Assembly: GCF_006345805.1 (NCBI RefSeq)
Contig: NC_043010.1
Coordinates: 44,764,001 to 44,828,000 of the forward strand
Length of the DNA stretch: 64,000 bases
Reading direction: 5' to 3'
DNA from: Octopus sinensis
Taxonomy: Eukaryota
Positions 51,900 through 64,000 of the stretch are shown in pieces. The notes under the pieces were generated by a model that saw only the letters and a program-made list of their open reading frames with translations, made no database searches and had not been told where the DNA came from. How positions within the stretch are numbered: position 1 is the stretch's first letter; each line of letters opens with the position of its first letter. A program made the translations under genes and the position numbers.

Positions 51900-53070
51900 T
51901 GACTTCAGTAAAGCGTTTGACAGAGCCCACCACAATATCCTCCTGGAACCAGTGGAAAACTGTTACACTGGATTAGGTATTTCCTGGTGAAGAAAGCACA
52001 TGTTGCGATCGGTGGAATCCACTCAAACCCAGCAAAAGTCACCATTGGTGTCCCCCAGGTAACTGTTTTGAGTTCGTTTCTCTTTATAGTCTGTATAAAC
52101 AACATCTAAAGCGTCATCAACCATAGCAAAATAAAAAAAAAAAACAGTGGTGCAATAAAAAAACTCCAGAAAATCATGAATGGAGAAGAAGAATGAACTG
52201 AACTCCAGTCTGATCTATATACTGTAAGTCAATGGGTAGACTAAAATTACGTGCAGTTAAATGAAGGAAATTTTGAACTCATGTACTTAGGGAAAAAAGA
52301 CTGCGCTTAAACAACCATATTCTCTTCCTTCAGGGGAACTACTCACAGCATCCAATAATATCAAGGACTTAAGAGCGATTGTTGACTACAATGTCATCTG
52401 GAATGCCCATATCAAGAATGAAGTCGATATGGCTTTTAGGATTAACTTCTAGATCCTCAACACTCTCATCATTCCCCTCTTCCTCTCCTTTGCACGGCCA
52501 CAGAATACTGCAGGCGCACTACGAGTTCCTCACACCAAACAAAACATTACGGGAATTGAGTCACCACAGAAAGCATTCACTAAAAAATAAAAGCACGATT
52601 AATCTTGATTGTTGGGACCGCCTTAAAACATTGAACCTTTATTCTTTCCAATGTCGCCGTGAGCACTACATCATTTGTACAACGTGGAGAATATATCGCT
52701 GCATTGCTCAAACAACTTCAACATCAGATTCAGAATTCATCCAAGGCTGGGGCCATGTTCCACGCACCCCATGCACAATTCAGGTTCATAACACATAAAT
52801 TCACTGCAACATTTTCTTTTCTTCAACAGGCCCTGATCTATTTATCATTACTCCAAACCCAAAACAAATTAATGAAGATAAAGATCCCTTCACATTGGAA
52901 CGAAAGCTGGACAAATTTCTTTAAGAGATACCAGATAACTCACCTATTTCTCGATACATCTCAATCAATAACAACACCCTATCTGAATGGGCCATGAAAC
53001 GACAAAACTTGACCTAAAAATGACTCAACAAATCCTATCAGGCGGTTCTATTAAATTAGACAGCTTGGAT
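51895..53070 (+). mobile_element. CR1-type LINE 3' fragment, old and divergent subfamily
   Basis: YIDFSKAFDRAHH, GVPQ and LNLYSFQCRREHYII..TWRI remnants. Confidence 0.85.
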
Positions 53071-53530
53071 AGAGACAGAAGAATAAATGCCATCTATAAA
53101 TGTAGCGAACTCCTTCCTAAGTTCTCTGTCTCCTCTCCTGCATGCAGATATGCCCTGTGAGCTCAAGCGCATTCTTTATATGGTCATAGACTATTATTTT
53201 TCTGTACCAGGATTAATTTCCATGAGTTTTGATGACTCTCCTTAACTGATGAGAAGTAATCGATATCCAGCATGAGCATCTGTGGGTGAATTTTTGCAAG
53301 GGTAGAATTTTGCAAGAGTGGACGTTGCTTACGAAAGAGTAAACATTACTAAAACGACACAAAGGCAGTGATATGAAAACGGAGACGTGTTAAGCATACA
53401 GATACAAGCAAGAAGTCATTGTTGGATGTGTTGAGAATGTCTTTGTGAGATTCCTTGGCATGTGTAAGGTCATTTTATTTGTTTGATATTTGAGGAAATC
53501 GCGTCGAATTAACAGGGCAAATGTATAAAG

Positions 53531-53700
53531 GTGCAGATACGGCTGTATGGTTATGACAGTCCCTCTGCAACTAAGTGTGTTGGTGTTCGAGCCCACTGCA
53601 CGGTACCCTGGAGAATTATCTTCTCTAACGACCTCGGTTCGACCAAAGCCTTGTGAATGAAATTTGGTTAGGGGAAACTGCATGGAAGCTCATCGAAGGA
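53531..53700 (+). mobile_element. Old SINE 5' part (8617 family)
   Basis: GGCTGTATGGTTA..GTTCGAGCCCACTGC..GACCAAAGCCTTGTGAATGAAATTTGGT..GGAAACTG. Confidence 0.75.
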
Positions 53701-53794
53701 GGTTGTTTGTATTTCTAGTAATCGATATCTGAAAAATTTCTGTAAACATATACGTGCATAAAAGTTTATTTAAAAAATATATTCGATATGTATA

Positions 53795-53844
<50 letters not shown>

Positions 53845-53848
<4 letters not shown>

Positions 53849-56800
53849 TGATTGATTGATTGATTCTAGTTTCAGCTTATGAGCTGTGGCCATGCTGGGG
53901 CACCGCCATTTGGTGTTGCTACTTGGTTTCACTTCATGGAGGCTTTCTAGCAACTGCTATTTGGTGCATGAGAGAGTTCGATGCAGCTGCCCTCATCTGC
54001 CCCTCCTGCCGTGAAGTTGGTTCATCTGGGACACCTGACAGGAAGAGATCCAGCTTCATTTTAAAGACATCTGTATCCACCCCATGCAGGTCTCTCAGGT
54101 TCTTCGGGAGGATATTGAAGAGCTGTGGGCCTCGGAAGCCCAGGCTATCACAGAATCTTGTCCTACATCTTGATGGCAGATTTGGAGTCCTAGGCACCAC
54201 GCAGTGGCGCCCAGTTCTGGCATTTGCGTAACTCTCGATGCCAAAGTTCAGGACACTTCCCTCCAGGATCTTCCAGATGTATATTATGGCATATCTTTCC
54301 CGCCTACGCTCCAGGGAATATAATTTTAATCTCTTGAGTCTTTCCCAGTAGCTTACATTCTGCATAGAGGCTATCTTCTTTGTGTAGCTTCGTTGGATCG
54401 CCTCAAGTTCTGTGATCAACTTGACACTCTGGATGGTGACCATGGCTGAGAGCAATAGTCAAAGTGGCTTAGGACAAGTGTCTTCCAGAGGACCATCATG
54501 GTTTCTTGTTCTCTTGTTCTAAAGGTTCTAAGAATCCATCCAGCCAGCCGTCTACATTTCATTGTCAGTTTAGCAACATGTACATGAAAGGTCGCGTCAT
54601 CACTCATGTGAATACCCAGGTCACGCACTGATTGTGCCTCTGGGATTGCAATCCCTCCGGGTCCAGTGTATTCATTGGGTATTGCATTCAGTTTTGCATG
54701 CTGATAGTATAAAGCTTGAAACTTTCCAGCATTGAACTGCATGCTATTCTTTTCAGCCCACTTGTATATTTCGTCCAGCTCACATTGCAGGTGTTTAGTG
54801 TCCTCAGGGTTCTGTATTGCCTGTGAAACTTTTGTATCATCTGCATAACTTGTGATCGTGGCTCTCTGCGTGGCTGAGGGCATGTCTGAGAGGGCCATTA
54901 TGAACAGTAGTGGTCCCAGAACAGTGTGCCTGCGGAACACCGCTCACTATTTGTGTGTTAATGGAGGTGGCCCCATTGGCTACTACCACCTGACTTCTAT
55001 CCTTCAGAAAGTCATGAAGCCATTCTCCCAGTTTTCCAACTATGTTGAGATCACGCAGTTTGTGACATATCATTCCATGATCGACTTTATCAAAGCCTTT
55101 GCAAAGTCGAGATATATCACTTCCACATTTGAGTGGTTGAGCATCCGTTTCAGCACCCAGTCATAGTGTTGTAGGAGCTGAGTTAAACAGCTTCTCCCTG
55201 GTCGGAAACCATGTTGGGTGTCGGGCAGCAAGTCATTCTCTTCAAGGAAGGTGATCAGCTTCCTTCTGACTATTCGTTCCATGACCTTGCTGATGTGTGA
55301 GGTCAGAGAGATAGGTCTATAGTTCTTGGCTTCCGCTCTGCTACCTCCTTTATGAATGGGGCATATTTTACCTTCCTTCAGTTTTCCTGGAAGTTTGCCA
55401 GCTGCAAGGAAGCTCTGAAAGAGGAACTGCAGTGGTCTTGCTAGGACTCTCTTACATGCTTTTAGGAGGATTGCCGGGAATCCATCGGGGCCAGTAGCTG
55501 AGTCTGTTTTCATTTCATCTATAGCCTTGGTTACATCGTCTTCCTTTATATCGATGTAATCTATCGTCGCCGCCTCTGATTTTATATCTGCAGTGGTAAA
55601 AAAGTCAGTTGGATTGGTGGTTTGGAGATGCCCAAGGGGTGGAGTGAAAACACTCTTGAATTGCTCATTCAGTATTTCACTTACCCTCATTGGTTTTCCT
55701 GTAAGTGTGCCATCCTTTTCGAGGAGTGGCCCTATTCTACAGTGCACTGTAGCTGTTTCTTTGGCATACCTGTAGAAAGCTCTGGGGTTAGATTTTATGT
55801 TTTCTATAGCCCAGGCTTCTTTGTCTGCTCTTTCTTTTTCATGGGAGAGTTGCAGACATTTTTCGATTTCCAACAGTTTTATTTTTAGGCGGGACTTTTC
55901 ACTGCTTTCAATCTGTTTGTTTAGGCGATTTGAAAATTTCGTACGCCGTCTCATTAAAATTTTCCTCTCTCTGGGATTTTGTTCTTGTGTACAGTGACCT
56001 TTCTCTCTGGGACACTTTGTAGCATATGGCTTGCATTACAGACATGAATTATTGAAGTTTCACGTCGATGTCTGGCGAGGAGAGACATTTAGGCCAGTTT
56101 TGTTTGAGGATCTCTTTCTCAGTTTGTTCCCAGTTTGCCTTATGGTAGTTCAAGCTGGAAAGATTTGAGGGTTTCTTGTAGGCTGCAATGTCCGTGCTCT
56201 CTTTTGGCCCGTACATGGTCATCTCTATCATGTTGTGATCCGAGAGTAGTGTCGGTGTCACTTTCACATTATGGATGAGATCCATGTCATTTGTGAAGCA
56301 GAGATCCAGTGTGTTACCTGCCCTGGTTGGTTGGAGTATTACCTGCTCCATGTACAGGGTGTTGATGAGGTTCAGGAGGGACCTCGCCTGTCCTCGTTCA
56401 CATCTTGTCATTCCTGGGAGAGAAAGGCCCTCGGGCCATCTGACATTGGGCAGATTGAAGTCTCCCATAAGAAGCACACCTATGTTTGTTCTAATGTGGT
56501 TAGAATTTCTTCTATTTTTATAAGGCAGTCTTCAAACTTGCCCACATGGCTTGGGGCATCTGGAGGGCGATATGTAGCACACACAACTACATCAAGTTGC
56601 CTAATATGTACAATTAGTGTGTCACACACCGAGTTTGAGTATGACAAGAGGACCTGGGGTGTGAGGTCCTCACGGATGTACATAGCAACACCTCCATGAC
56701 TCCTTTCTTTCCTGTCGGTCCGTAGTACAGCATACTGTGGTATGTGTAACTCCGCATCTGCTATGTCCGGTTTCAGGTGCGTTTCTGTAAGTGCTATGCA

Positions 56801-56995
56801 TATGGCTTGATTGCATGCAACAAAGTCTCTCAGGAACGGGATCTTTGTCCTGTTACTGAGTGTTTGCAGTCCTCTGATGTTCAGTAGGAGTATCGAGGTG
56901 AGGTGTACGTTGTTGCCGGCGGTGTCCATCCTGTGTCTGTTTGCTGTGGTGGTCTGGTATATAGTGGGTAGTCCCACCTGCGGGCTTGGGTTTGA

Positions 56996-56997
<2 letters not shown>
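53845..56997 (-). mobile_element. CR1-type LINE, near-complete ORF2 (APE endonuclease + RT) with intact 3' tail; inactivated
   Basis: LLLNIRGL, LTETHL, GGVAMY, YRPP, GDFNLP, TLDLCFTN, SDH, GPDG, NYRPISLTS, YLDFAKA, GVPQ, YADD. One in-frame stop (56478-56480) and about four frameshifts. Tail stem-loop followed by (TCAA)n. Confidence 0.95.
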
Positions 56998-57029
<32 letters not shown>

Positions 57030-57033
<4 letters not shown>

Positions 57034-57200
57034 ATCCAAACAAGAAAACACAGAAAAAAACACAGCAACGCGAGGACGTGGAACAATTAAAGTATTATTT
57101 GACGCTCAGGAAAGAAGGGAAGGAGGGTTTAACGTTTCGAGCGGAGCTCTTCGTCGGAAACAAGGAGAAGGAAAGATCCCAAGAAGGAAAAAAAATTTTT
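57030..57200 (-). mobile_element. PLE pLTR remnant (same family as 63-200)
   Basis: CAACGCGAGGACGTGGAACAA..AACGTTTCGAGCGGAGCTCTTCGTC is shared with 97-190. Confidence 0.85.
57127..57161 (-). ncRNA. Minimal type I HHR variant (CCGACGA)
   Basis: GUUU-CCGACGA-A-GAGC-UCC-GCUC-GAAACGU-U-AAAC; perfect 4-bp helix I. Confidence 0.68.
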
Positions 57201-57228
57201 TGCTGGTGGTGCTCAAGAGATCACATGC

Positions 57229-57287
<59 letters not shown>

Positions 57288-58859
57288 TATGCATACATAC
57301 ATTCATAAGCACATACATACACTCGCACGCGGCGTGCGATTATAGAAAGGAGCATGTAAAAAGAGAATAATGGAAAGAAAGAAACAATAAATTTGAAGCA
57401 CTGAATAACTTCCCAAACGTCATTAAGCCGCGGAAACGTCATTAAGCCACGGTCACCCGGTTAGGTAAGGCATGTGCCCCTCCCCCACTTATCCTCTCCA
57501 ATCTACAAAGGCATGCTCGCAGAAGGTCCCTTCACTCGGACCATGCTCGCTACTCTCATCCAGCTCTCAGCAAATTTGCGTGAGCAGCACTTCCCTTTTT
57601 ACATTTTTTTTCTTTTTCAAGTTATGGGAGCCGTGAGACGATCTTCACAGCTGTTTGCTGCATGTGTCCTACACGTGACAGCAGGTGTTCGACATAACTC
57701 TACAAGTCAGTGAGGCTCGTCCACAGGAGTGGTGTGTGCAAATGGTTTCATCTCTCAGCGCGATCTCGGATAAGCCCGGTTAACGGCACTTACATGCATA
57801 TAGAATTTATCTCGAACCTGCAATTCTCCTTGATAACACTGCCGGGTTGGAATTTCTGGAAGTTATTCGTGGGCCTCGGTTAGAAAACCTCCACAACAGA
57901 AGAACCGTTGGTTTTCGTTGATGCTCAGAGTTTCCCCAAGGATATCTGCGCTCTTGCCTGTCACCAAACCTCTAGAGAGCTCCCACCAGTCGAACTGCCC
58001 AGTTTTGGGCTTTGCTTGACCCAGGACTGCTGCTCTGTCTAAGACACGAGTTGTGAAAATGCCTGACCAGCAAACAGCTACAACTTCTGACCACCGTAGT
58101 AATAATAACGATTTGGAAACGTTTTATAGAAAAATAGCCTGCCAACGTGACTAGTCTCGCGAACCTATTGCAGACTTTTAAATACAATAATTATATTATA
58201 ATTTACAGTGGCTTTAACGAACTGTTTTGTATCAGAGGTTGTGTTGGCATCTGTAGATTTTCATATGAATAGAAACGTAAATTTTCATTTGGTTACAGCT
58301 ATTGTTTCCCGAAGACTGTTTAACGGGGAACCAACATTGTCATATTTTTTTTTCAGAAAGTAATAACAATGGTAGTGGCATTTATAGTCTGCAGGTGTCA
58401 AACTGAATGAGTCACTATCGTTTATGTAAATTCATTAATTTCGAATAAATTTACATTAAAAAGTCAATGTTCTATCATTAATTCACATGTGTGCGTGTAT
58501 GCTCACAGGCAAATGCAAACTCATGAGCCTGCACGCACACATGTGAATTAATGATAGAATGATTGACTCTAGATCGTTGTTCTATCTGCTAAAAATAGAA
58601 ATTAAATTTCATTCAAATCATATACACTACCGTCTTAAAACAAAGACGCTTTCGAGAATTTAATTTCAGGTGAAAGCGCTTAACTGTATACGTGACTCGT
58701 CAGCCAGTTAAATTTGTAAACTAAAGTTCCGGATCGAAACTCTACTGGAAGTAACTTGGGTGAGGCTGAGTTATTTCCCTCTGACCAGTTCCAATCATGT
58801 CCTAGATCCTCGCTGAAGACGTCTGAAGGTAGTAGCATTTTTCTAATCGGTAAATGGGG

Positions 58860-61135
58860 AATTCTATGTTTCCGATACAAATTTCCTCTGATGAGGGCAC
58901 TGACTAAACATCGTTTTTTTTTTTTAGTTTAAAGAGGTCTCCGTGTCAAGCGAATTTTTCAGAATTCTTGCTCTTTCGGCCAAGCAGAGTTTACATCTTT
59001 TCCTGCCTCTGCGGTACGGTACCGGTTGTTCCAGGAGCTTCTATTTAATTATATATGGTGTACCCTAATCTTTTAAATGCCCTATGTTGCTAGCCAGGAA
59101 TCTGATGTTGCGCCTCACAAGTATCATAAAGGAGGACCTGTGATTGCTAAGATAATGCTTGAAGGGGCTGCGAATAGAACCGACATATTTCCGTGTCTGT
59201 GATCTTGTGCTGGTGGTGTTACAGCTGTTGTTGCTGCTGTCGTTATTGCTGCCGGTGCTGTTGTCACTGGCGGATTCGTTGCTGGTACTGCCGCTACTGT
59301 TGTCGCTGCTACAGCCGCTGCTGCTGGTATTGCTGCCGCTGTTTCTTCCATTGCCGAACGCGATGCTTGTGCTGCAGTTGCCGCTACTGTTGCTCCACTG
59401 CCGGACGCATTGCTGGTGTAATTGTTACTATTACTGCCGTAGCTGCCGCCATTGTTTTACGCGCTGCTAGCGTAACTTCCCCCGCCGTTGCAAATGCTGG
59501 AATACTGTCGTCTATTAGCTGCCATAAGTGGCTGGCTAATGACGTGATGACTCTCCTTTCCAGTGTCCTGAAGGAAAATCTGTGGCTGGAGAGCCGTTGT
59601 TTGAACGAATTCCCCAAATAGCCGATGTTTCTCTATGGTCGGGTGTTGGCAGTGGTGTGTCTGTTGGTGTTGGCGTCGCTGCCGCCGCTGTTGCCGGGAC
59701 TGGTACTATTGGTGCTAGTGCTGTTGGTTTTGGCGTCATTGGAGATGGCAATGGTGGTGGTGCCGCCAATGCCGATGTTGGTAAAGGTGCCGTTGTTGTT
59801 ATGGCTATCGCTATTGATGGAGGCTCTGTCATTGCTGTTGTAGATGTCATTGGTGATGTCTCTGCTGCTATTTCTGTTAGGGATACTGCCATTGTTGTCG
59901 CCGTTGTTATTGATGTTATTGCTACGATGGTACTGCTGTTGTTGCTATTGGAAATCTCGGCCTCGCTGCTGTAGACGTAGCTGCTAGGGAAGCTGCTGAC
60001 GATGTTGCTGTTGTCATCAGGGGTACTGCCATTGCAGTCATTGATGTTGTTATCGCTGGCGATGGTGCTGTTGGTTCTGTTCGCATTTCTGCTGCTGCTA
60101 CTATTGGTACTGCTACTATTGGACGTCCTTACATCTGCGGTCACCGTCAAGGGAATTACTGATATTGCTGTTGCAGTACCACGGCTTTATAGACAACTCC
60201 CTTGGTTTTGCAGTGGCCCATCAATGGCCCCTCACTGGATATCTGTTACGGTCTCTGCCTGAGCATCCAGCTTCTCTTCGTGGTCTAGGAACGCTAAATA
60301 GAATGCTCTTAATATTGGGGGCACAGATAAAAATGGCTCTACGGCTGTGCATGTTGAAAATGCGTCCGTTTCTATGTGAACTAGTGAAATGTTTATCTAT
60401 TAACTTAAGGAATATCCTACCTACAGACGTTTTTACTATAAGCGGGAAGTGGAATGCAAACCAAATGATATTTCTTTGGCGCTTCCTTCTACGGATGTTG
60501 GGACCCAGCATTTAGGAGATGCGGTCCCTAAATCCGCTAGCAGCTATGACCTCGTTACAGCAGGGGGGCTGCTGCATCAAAAATCTCTTGGCTGGAGGAA
60601 AGGTTCTTGATCCTCTCACTAACACCCTTCACCAGGTTTTGAACATGATGATGTGGGTGACAGGTGGCTGTATTGATGCACTTTAGCCTCTCATTTGGCT
60701 TGCGGTAGGGTCTGTATGTACCAGAGTCCAAGTCGATCGTTACGTCTAAGATGTCCGCAGTGGTGAGGGTGGTCTCAATGGCGATTTCTGATCCCAGTGA
60801 GGAAAGAGTGGTAATTAGCTCTTACCTAAGCTTGTCTAGTGTGTGGCCGTTAGCTCCTCTAGAGATGGCCAGGGCGTCATCTCTGCAGACTCCAAAGAGG
60901 TAAAAGGGGAACTTTTTCTTAAGGGTATCAAGGATATACAACCCAATGAGATCGCATACATCAGCGTTGTTGTAGACTCCCATCGCTACATCAAAGGAAC
61001 TCACGGGATCGGATTGCTTGACTCAAGCCGAACATTTATTGAACAGCACTGCTTTCCTGGCGTGCAAAATTATGTCTATATCCCTCTCGCTAACGCCAGT
61101 GAAGCCCCTAGTGAAGGAAAGTGCCATGACCAGTA
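58860..61135 (-). mobile_element. Penelope-like element (RT through GIY-YIG C-terminus), decayed, with ~1-kb low-complexity/second-copy insertion (~59200-60200)
   Basis: FDVAMG..ADVCDLIGLYIL..RDDAL, ILDVTIDL.SG.Y.PYRKPN, RKRQRNIIWF..KTSVGRIFLKLIDKHF, KYVGS..FK..NHRSSF, RCKLCLAE and CPHQRKF. Confidence 0.9.
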
Positions 61136-62040
61136 ACCCTTTTGAAATAGATGAGACAAAACTCGCCAACGCATATTTCTTAGACGTCACGCTCGACTTG
61201 GGCTCCGGTAGATACAATCCTTATCGCAAGCCGAACGAGACGTTAAAGTACATCAATACGCCCTCCTGTCAATCACCCATCATGTTCAAAAACCCGGTGA
61301 AGAGTGTTAGTAAAAAGATCACGTCCAATAGTAGCAGTACCAATAGTAACAGCAGCAGAAACGCGAACAGCAACAGTGGTGGCAGTGACGCCAACTCCAA
61401 CAGACACATCACTGCCAACACACGACCACAGAGATACATCGGCTGTTTTGGGAATTCGTTCAAACAACGCTTCTCCAGCCACAGATCTTTCTTCAGGACA
61501 CTGGAAAGGAGAGTCGTCACGTCATTAGCCAGCCGCGCATGTCAGCTAATAGACGACGGTATTCCATACAAAATATCATGGAAAATCCTAGAGAATAACG
61601 GGACCAACCGCTGTAAATTATGCATAGCGGAACGAGCGAGGATCCTAAAAAACACGTTCTACCCAGGGGACATCCTGAACTCCAGAAAGGAGGTCTTTGG
61701 ACTGTGCTTGCATTTCAGGAAATTCCTGCTAGCCTACTGGAACCCATGAGATAGCAGGGCTACCGGTGAACGATAGGCAAAGGGATACAACCCTCTTTGT
61801 TGAAATCGGCAGTCGATAGCCAAAAGAAGAGAATTTCCTTTGTTGACATTTTCTCCTCCATATTTTAGAGAAGGCACTCACTAGAGAGGCCTTTAACCAA
61901 TAGGTTTTGGGATCAGATGATACGCCATAAAGCCAGGCCCTTTATGGATGTAAAACTTAAGGTAATCTCATAAAGCGGCCTTATCTAACGATAATATATA
62001 CTGCCCTATAACTTAGAGCTTTCGGATTTATGTTTACCGG
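61136..62040 (+). mobile_element. Second Penelope-like copy, inverted, internally deleted
   Basis: FLDVTLDLGSGRYNPYRKPN..YIN, an S/N-rich linker, then RYIGCFGNSFKQRFSSH..WKILE..RCKLCIAE..LNSRKEVFGLCLHFRKFLL; open to 61749. Confidence 0.88.
61909..61969 (+). ncRNA. Degenerate type I HHR-like motif
   Basis: GGGAU-CAGAUGA-UACG-CCAUAAAG/CUUUAUGG-AUGUA-AAAC-UUAAG-GUA^-AUCUC. Helices are present but U4 and G12 are non-canonical. Confidence 0.45.
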
Positions 62041-62059
62041 CGATATATATGTATGTATA

Positions 62060-62139
<80 letters not shown>

Positions 62140-62900
62140 ATATATATATATATATTTATTTATTTATATGAATGTATGTATGTACTCGCGTGAGTGAATA
62201 CACATATGTAAATAATTAAGGTTGTTATTTAAAGTAATTTCAAAAGTAGCAACAGAACATTTATGATTCGGAATCTCGATACTAAAAGCAGAGTGAAACG
62301 TATTATTAAATTTGTTTTGAATGAAAACTTTCTTACTTGTCTGTTAATTCTATTGGGGATGAAAAAGAATTCTTCATATAAGAATGGGCGTTCGTTGATT
62401 TAGGGAACTACGTTTCTGGTTGAACTTCAAAATAAAAGCTTTATTAGCAACAGAAATTTGATCTTGAGTTCAAAGATCGAGTAAACAAATCGAAAAGTGA
62501 GTAAAGTATTGGAGAGTAGGTGAAGAAGAAAAATAAAAGAAATAATCAAATTTAGAGGCAAATAAATGTTACCGATAGGTCAAAATGTGAAGTAAGCCTG
62601 AGAGGATATGGAATGTAGTGAATTAAACTACGTACAAGAAAGTCGTAAAAAGGTACATTTATATAATTAATGTGGGTCGATGTTTGTGTTTTGGTTATGT
62701 TGTGTGAGCATATGTGCGTATATTTGTTTGTCAATTTGTGTGTGGAAGTATGTTGAACGAAAATATAGGTTGTATAAATAATGTAATGTAAGAGGTTAAT
62801 CAAATAAAGCCCCCGAAAAAAAAAAGCAATTCAGTTCTGCTTATGTTTAATGTGTGTGTGTGTATACATATATACATACATACGCACGCACACACACACA

Positions 62901-63034
<134 letters not shown>

Positions 63035-63040
63035 TATTAT

Positions 63041-63430
63041 GTCAGGTCACTTTCGAGTGCTACTGGTAACATGTAACCCAGTACAACCTGTTGCATGGTC
63101 GGGTCGTCGGCGACTAAACCGGCAACCCCACCAAGCTTGCTTGGTGAGGAGGGTGTTTATTGGACACCCTGCGGGATGAAAAACAAACCCGTCAAAGGGT
63201 GGAGGAACTCTTGAGAGTCAACGCCCATCCAATAAATGTCTTATGGCTGTATCATGCGCGTGGACATAGAAATAATCGGACTGAATACCCGATCACGCTG
63301 TTAAACCATTGGGAGTGAAGGACTCCTAGCCTTTGTTAGGGCATCCTTCTAGGAGAAGGTAACTCAGGCAACTGGGATAACTCCAGCATAAAACCTGCGG
63401 CTCAGTGGTTACCGATGATGTTGACTTGTT
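63041..63430 (+). mobile_element. Highly structured repeat, probably an RTE-type LINE 5' UTR
   Basis: Many perfect hairpins. CCTTCTAGGAGAAGGTAACTC..AAAACC resembles RTE 5' UTR motifs as I recall them; no downstream ORF recognised. Confidence 0.45.
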
Positions 63431-63679
63431 CTTCTTTTCGGATTATGGCTGTTATTGCTTTGTGAGTGGGATTGGCTCAGTGCACAGCCTTTCCTCACTT
63501 TAAAAAAATCTTCTTGCGCAGGCATTGCACGATAACAACATTGATTAAGCTTCGTGCAATGGCCATACTCCATAACGAGGGGCAGCCACCAAATATATAT
63601 ATAAAGATATATGTAAGATGTTAGCTGACCTAGCTGTAAGTCAATGGTGGTTCATTGATATTTCTCCATTTTGTGTCTT

Positions 63680-63745
<66 letters not shown>

Positions 63746-64000
63746 GCTGTTGTTTTCACTATAAGTTCAATCGCAATTGCTTTCACAGTAAGTTTTCAAT
63801 TGCTATTTACAAACAACAACGAAAAATCACTGACAGAAAGTTCACAATTACTGATGTAAGTAAGTTCATAATTTACTGACAGAAGTAACTTCAAAAATTT
63901 GCCGTCAGTTCCTATACTTAGTTAATTTCCCTAAAAATTTCTTATTTACTTTTGCAACGGTTTTGTGTTTTTTTGTTGTTAACGGTTTTTTCTGGTTCCT

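Noticed and set aside
57560-58150. Possible decayed gag-like zinc-knuckle ORF1 on the minus strand
   Set aside because: Only loose Cys/His hints across broken frames; not enough to call.
58641-58707. Minus-strand CUGACGA...GAAAGCGUC as an HHR
   Set aside because: Only one base pair in proximal helix II, poor helix I, and GAAAGCG is sequestered by an adjacent CGCUUUC hairpin.
58881-58915. Plus-strand CTGATGAG..TAAAC as an HHR
   Set aside because: It is the antisense of PLE C-terminal codons (C-P-H-Q-R-K-F) and has no helix I partner.
63151-63236. Assignment as an HDV-like or twister ribozyme
   Set aside because: No P3/P1.1 nesting for HDV; lacks the twister UAA cleavage loop and L4 consensus despite a similar GUGGAGG segment. 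Kept only as an unassigned structured element.

Overview
This is repeat-dominated, AT-rich animal genomic DNA. It is most likely octopus/coleoid cephalopod, inferred from the tRNA-SINE families and the very dense microsatellites. There is a 100-N assembly gap at 20881-20980. Nearly all ORFs in the supplied track are microsatellite translations. Host coding sequence is limited to two items. The first is four consecutive in-frame spliced exons (+, 17208-20666) encoding a chitin-binding peritrophin-A (CBM14) domain, a second Cys-rich CBD-like domain and a LamG/concanavalin-like domain, i.e. a Pif/BMSP-like architecture. The second is one CBM14 exon on the opposite strand (43126-43320). The rest is decayed mobile DNA: Penelope-like elements (PLEs), CR1-type, RTE, Tx1, R4-like and HERO-like LINEs, Helitrons, a hAT-Charlie element, a Tc1/mariner fragment, MITEs and tRNA-derived SINEs. 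The most striking pattern is about a dozen type I hammerhead-ribozyme (HHR) motifs of several architectures, mostly in PLE 3' regions or pseudo-LTR (pLTR) remnants. Several keep an intact catalytic core (7886, 15952, 49009). One three-copy family carries a ~100-nt structured insertion in helix II, and one motif sits inside a perfect 111-bp inverted repeat. The 3' stem-loop tail of two CR1-type LINEs is shared, with compensatory changes, by an abundant SINE. All structures were read by eye; no folding, alignment or database search was run.
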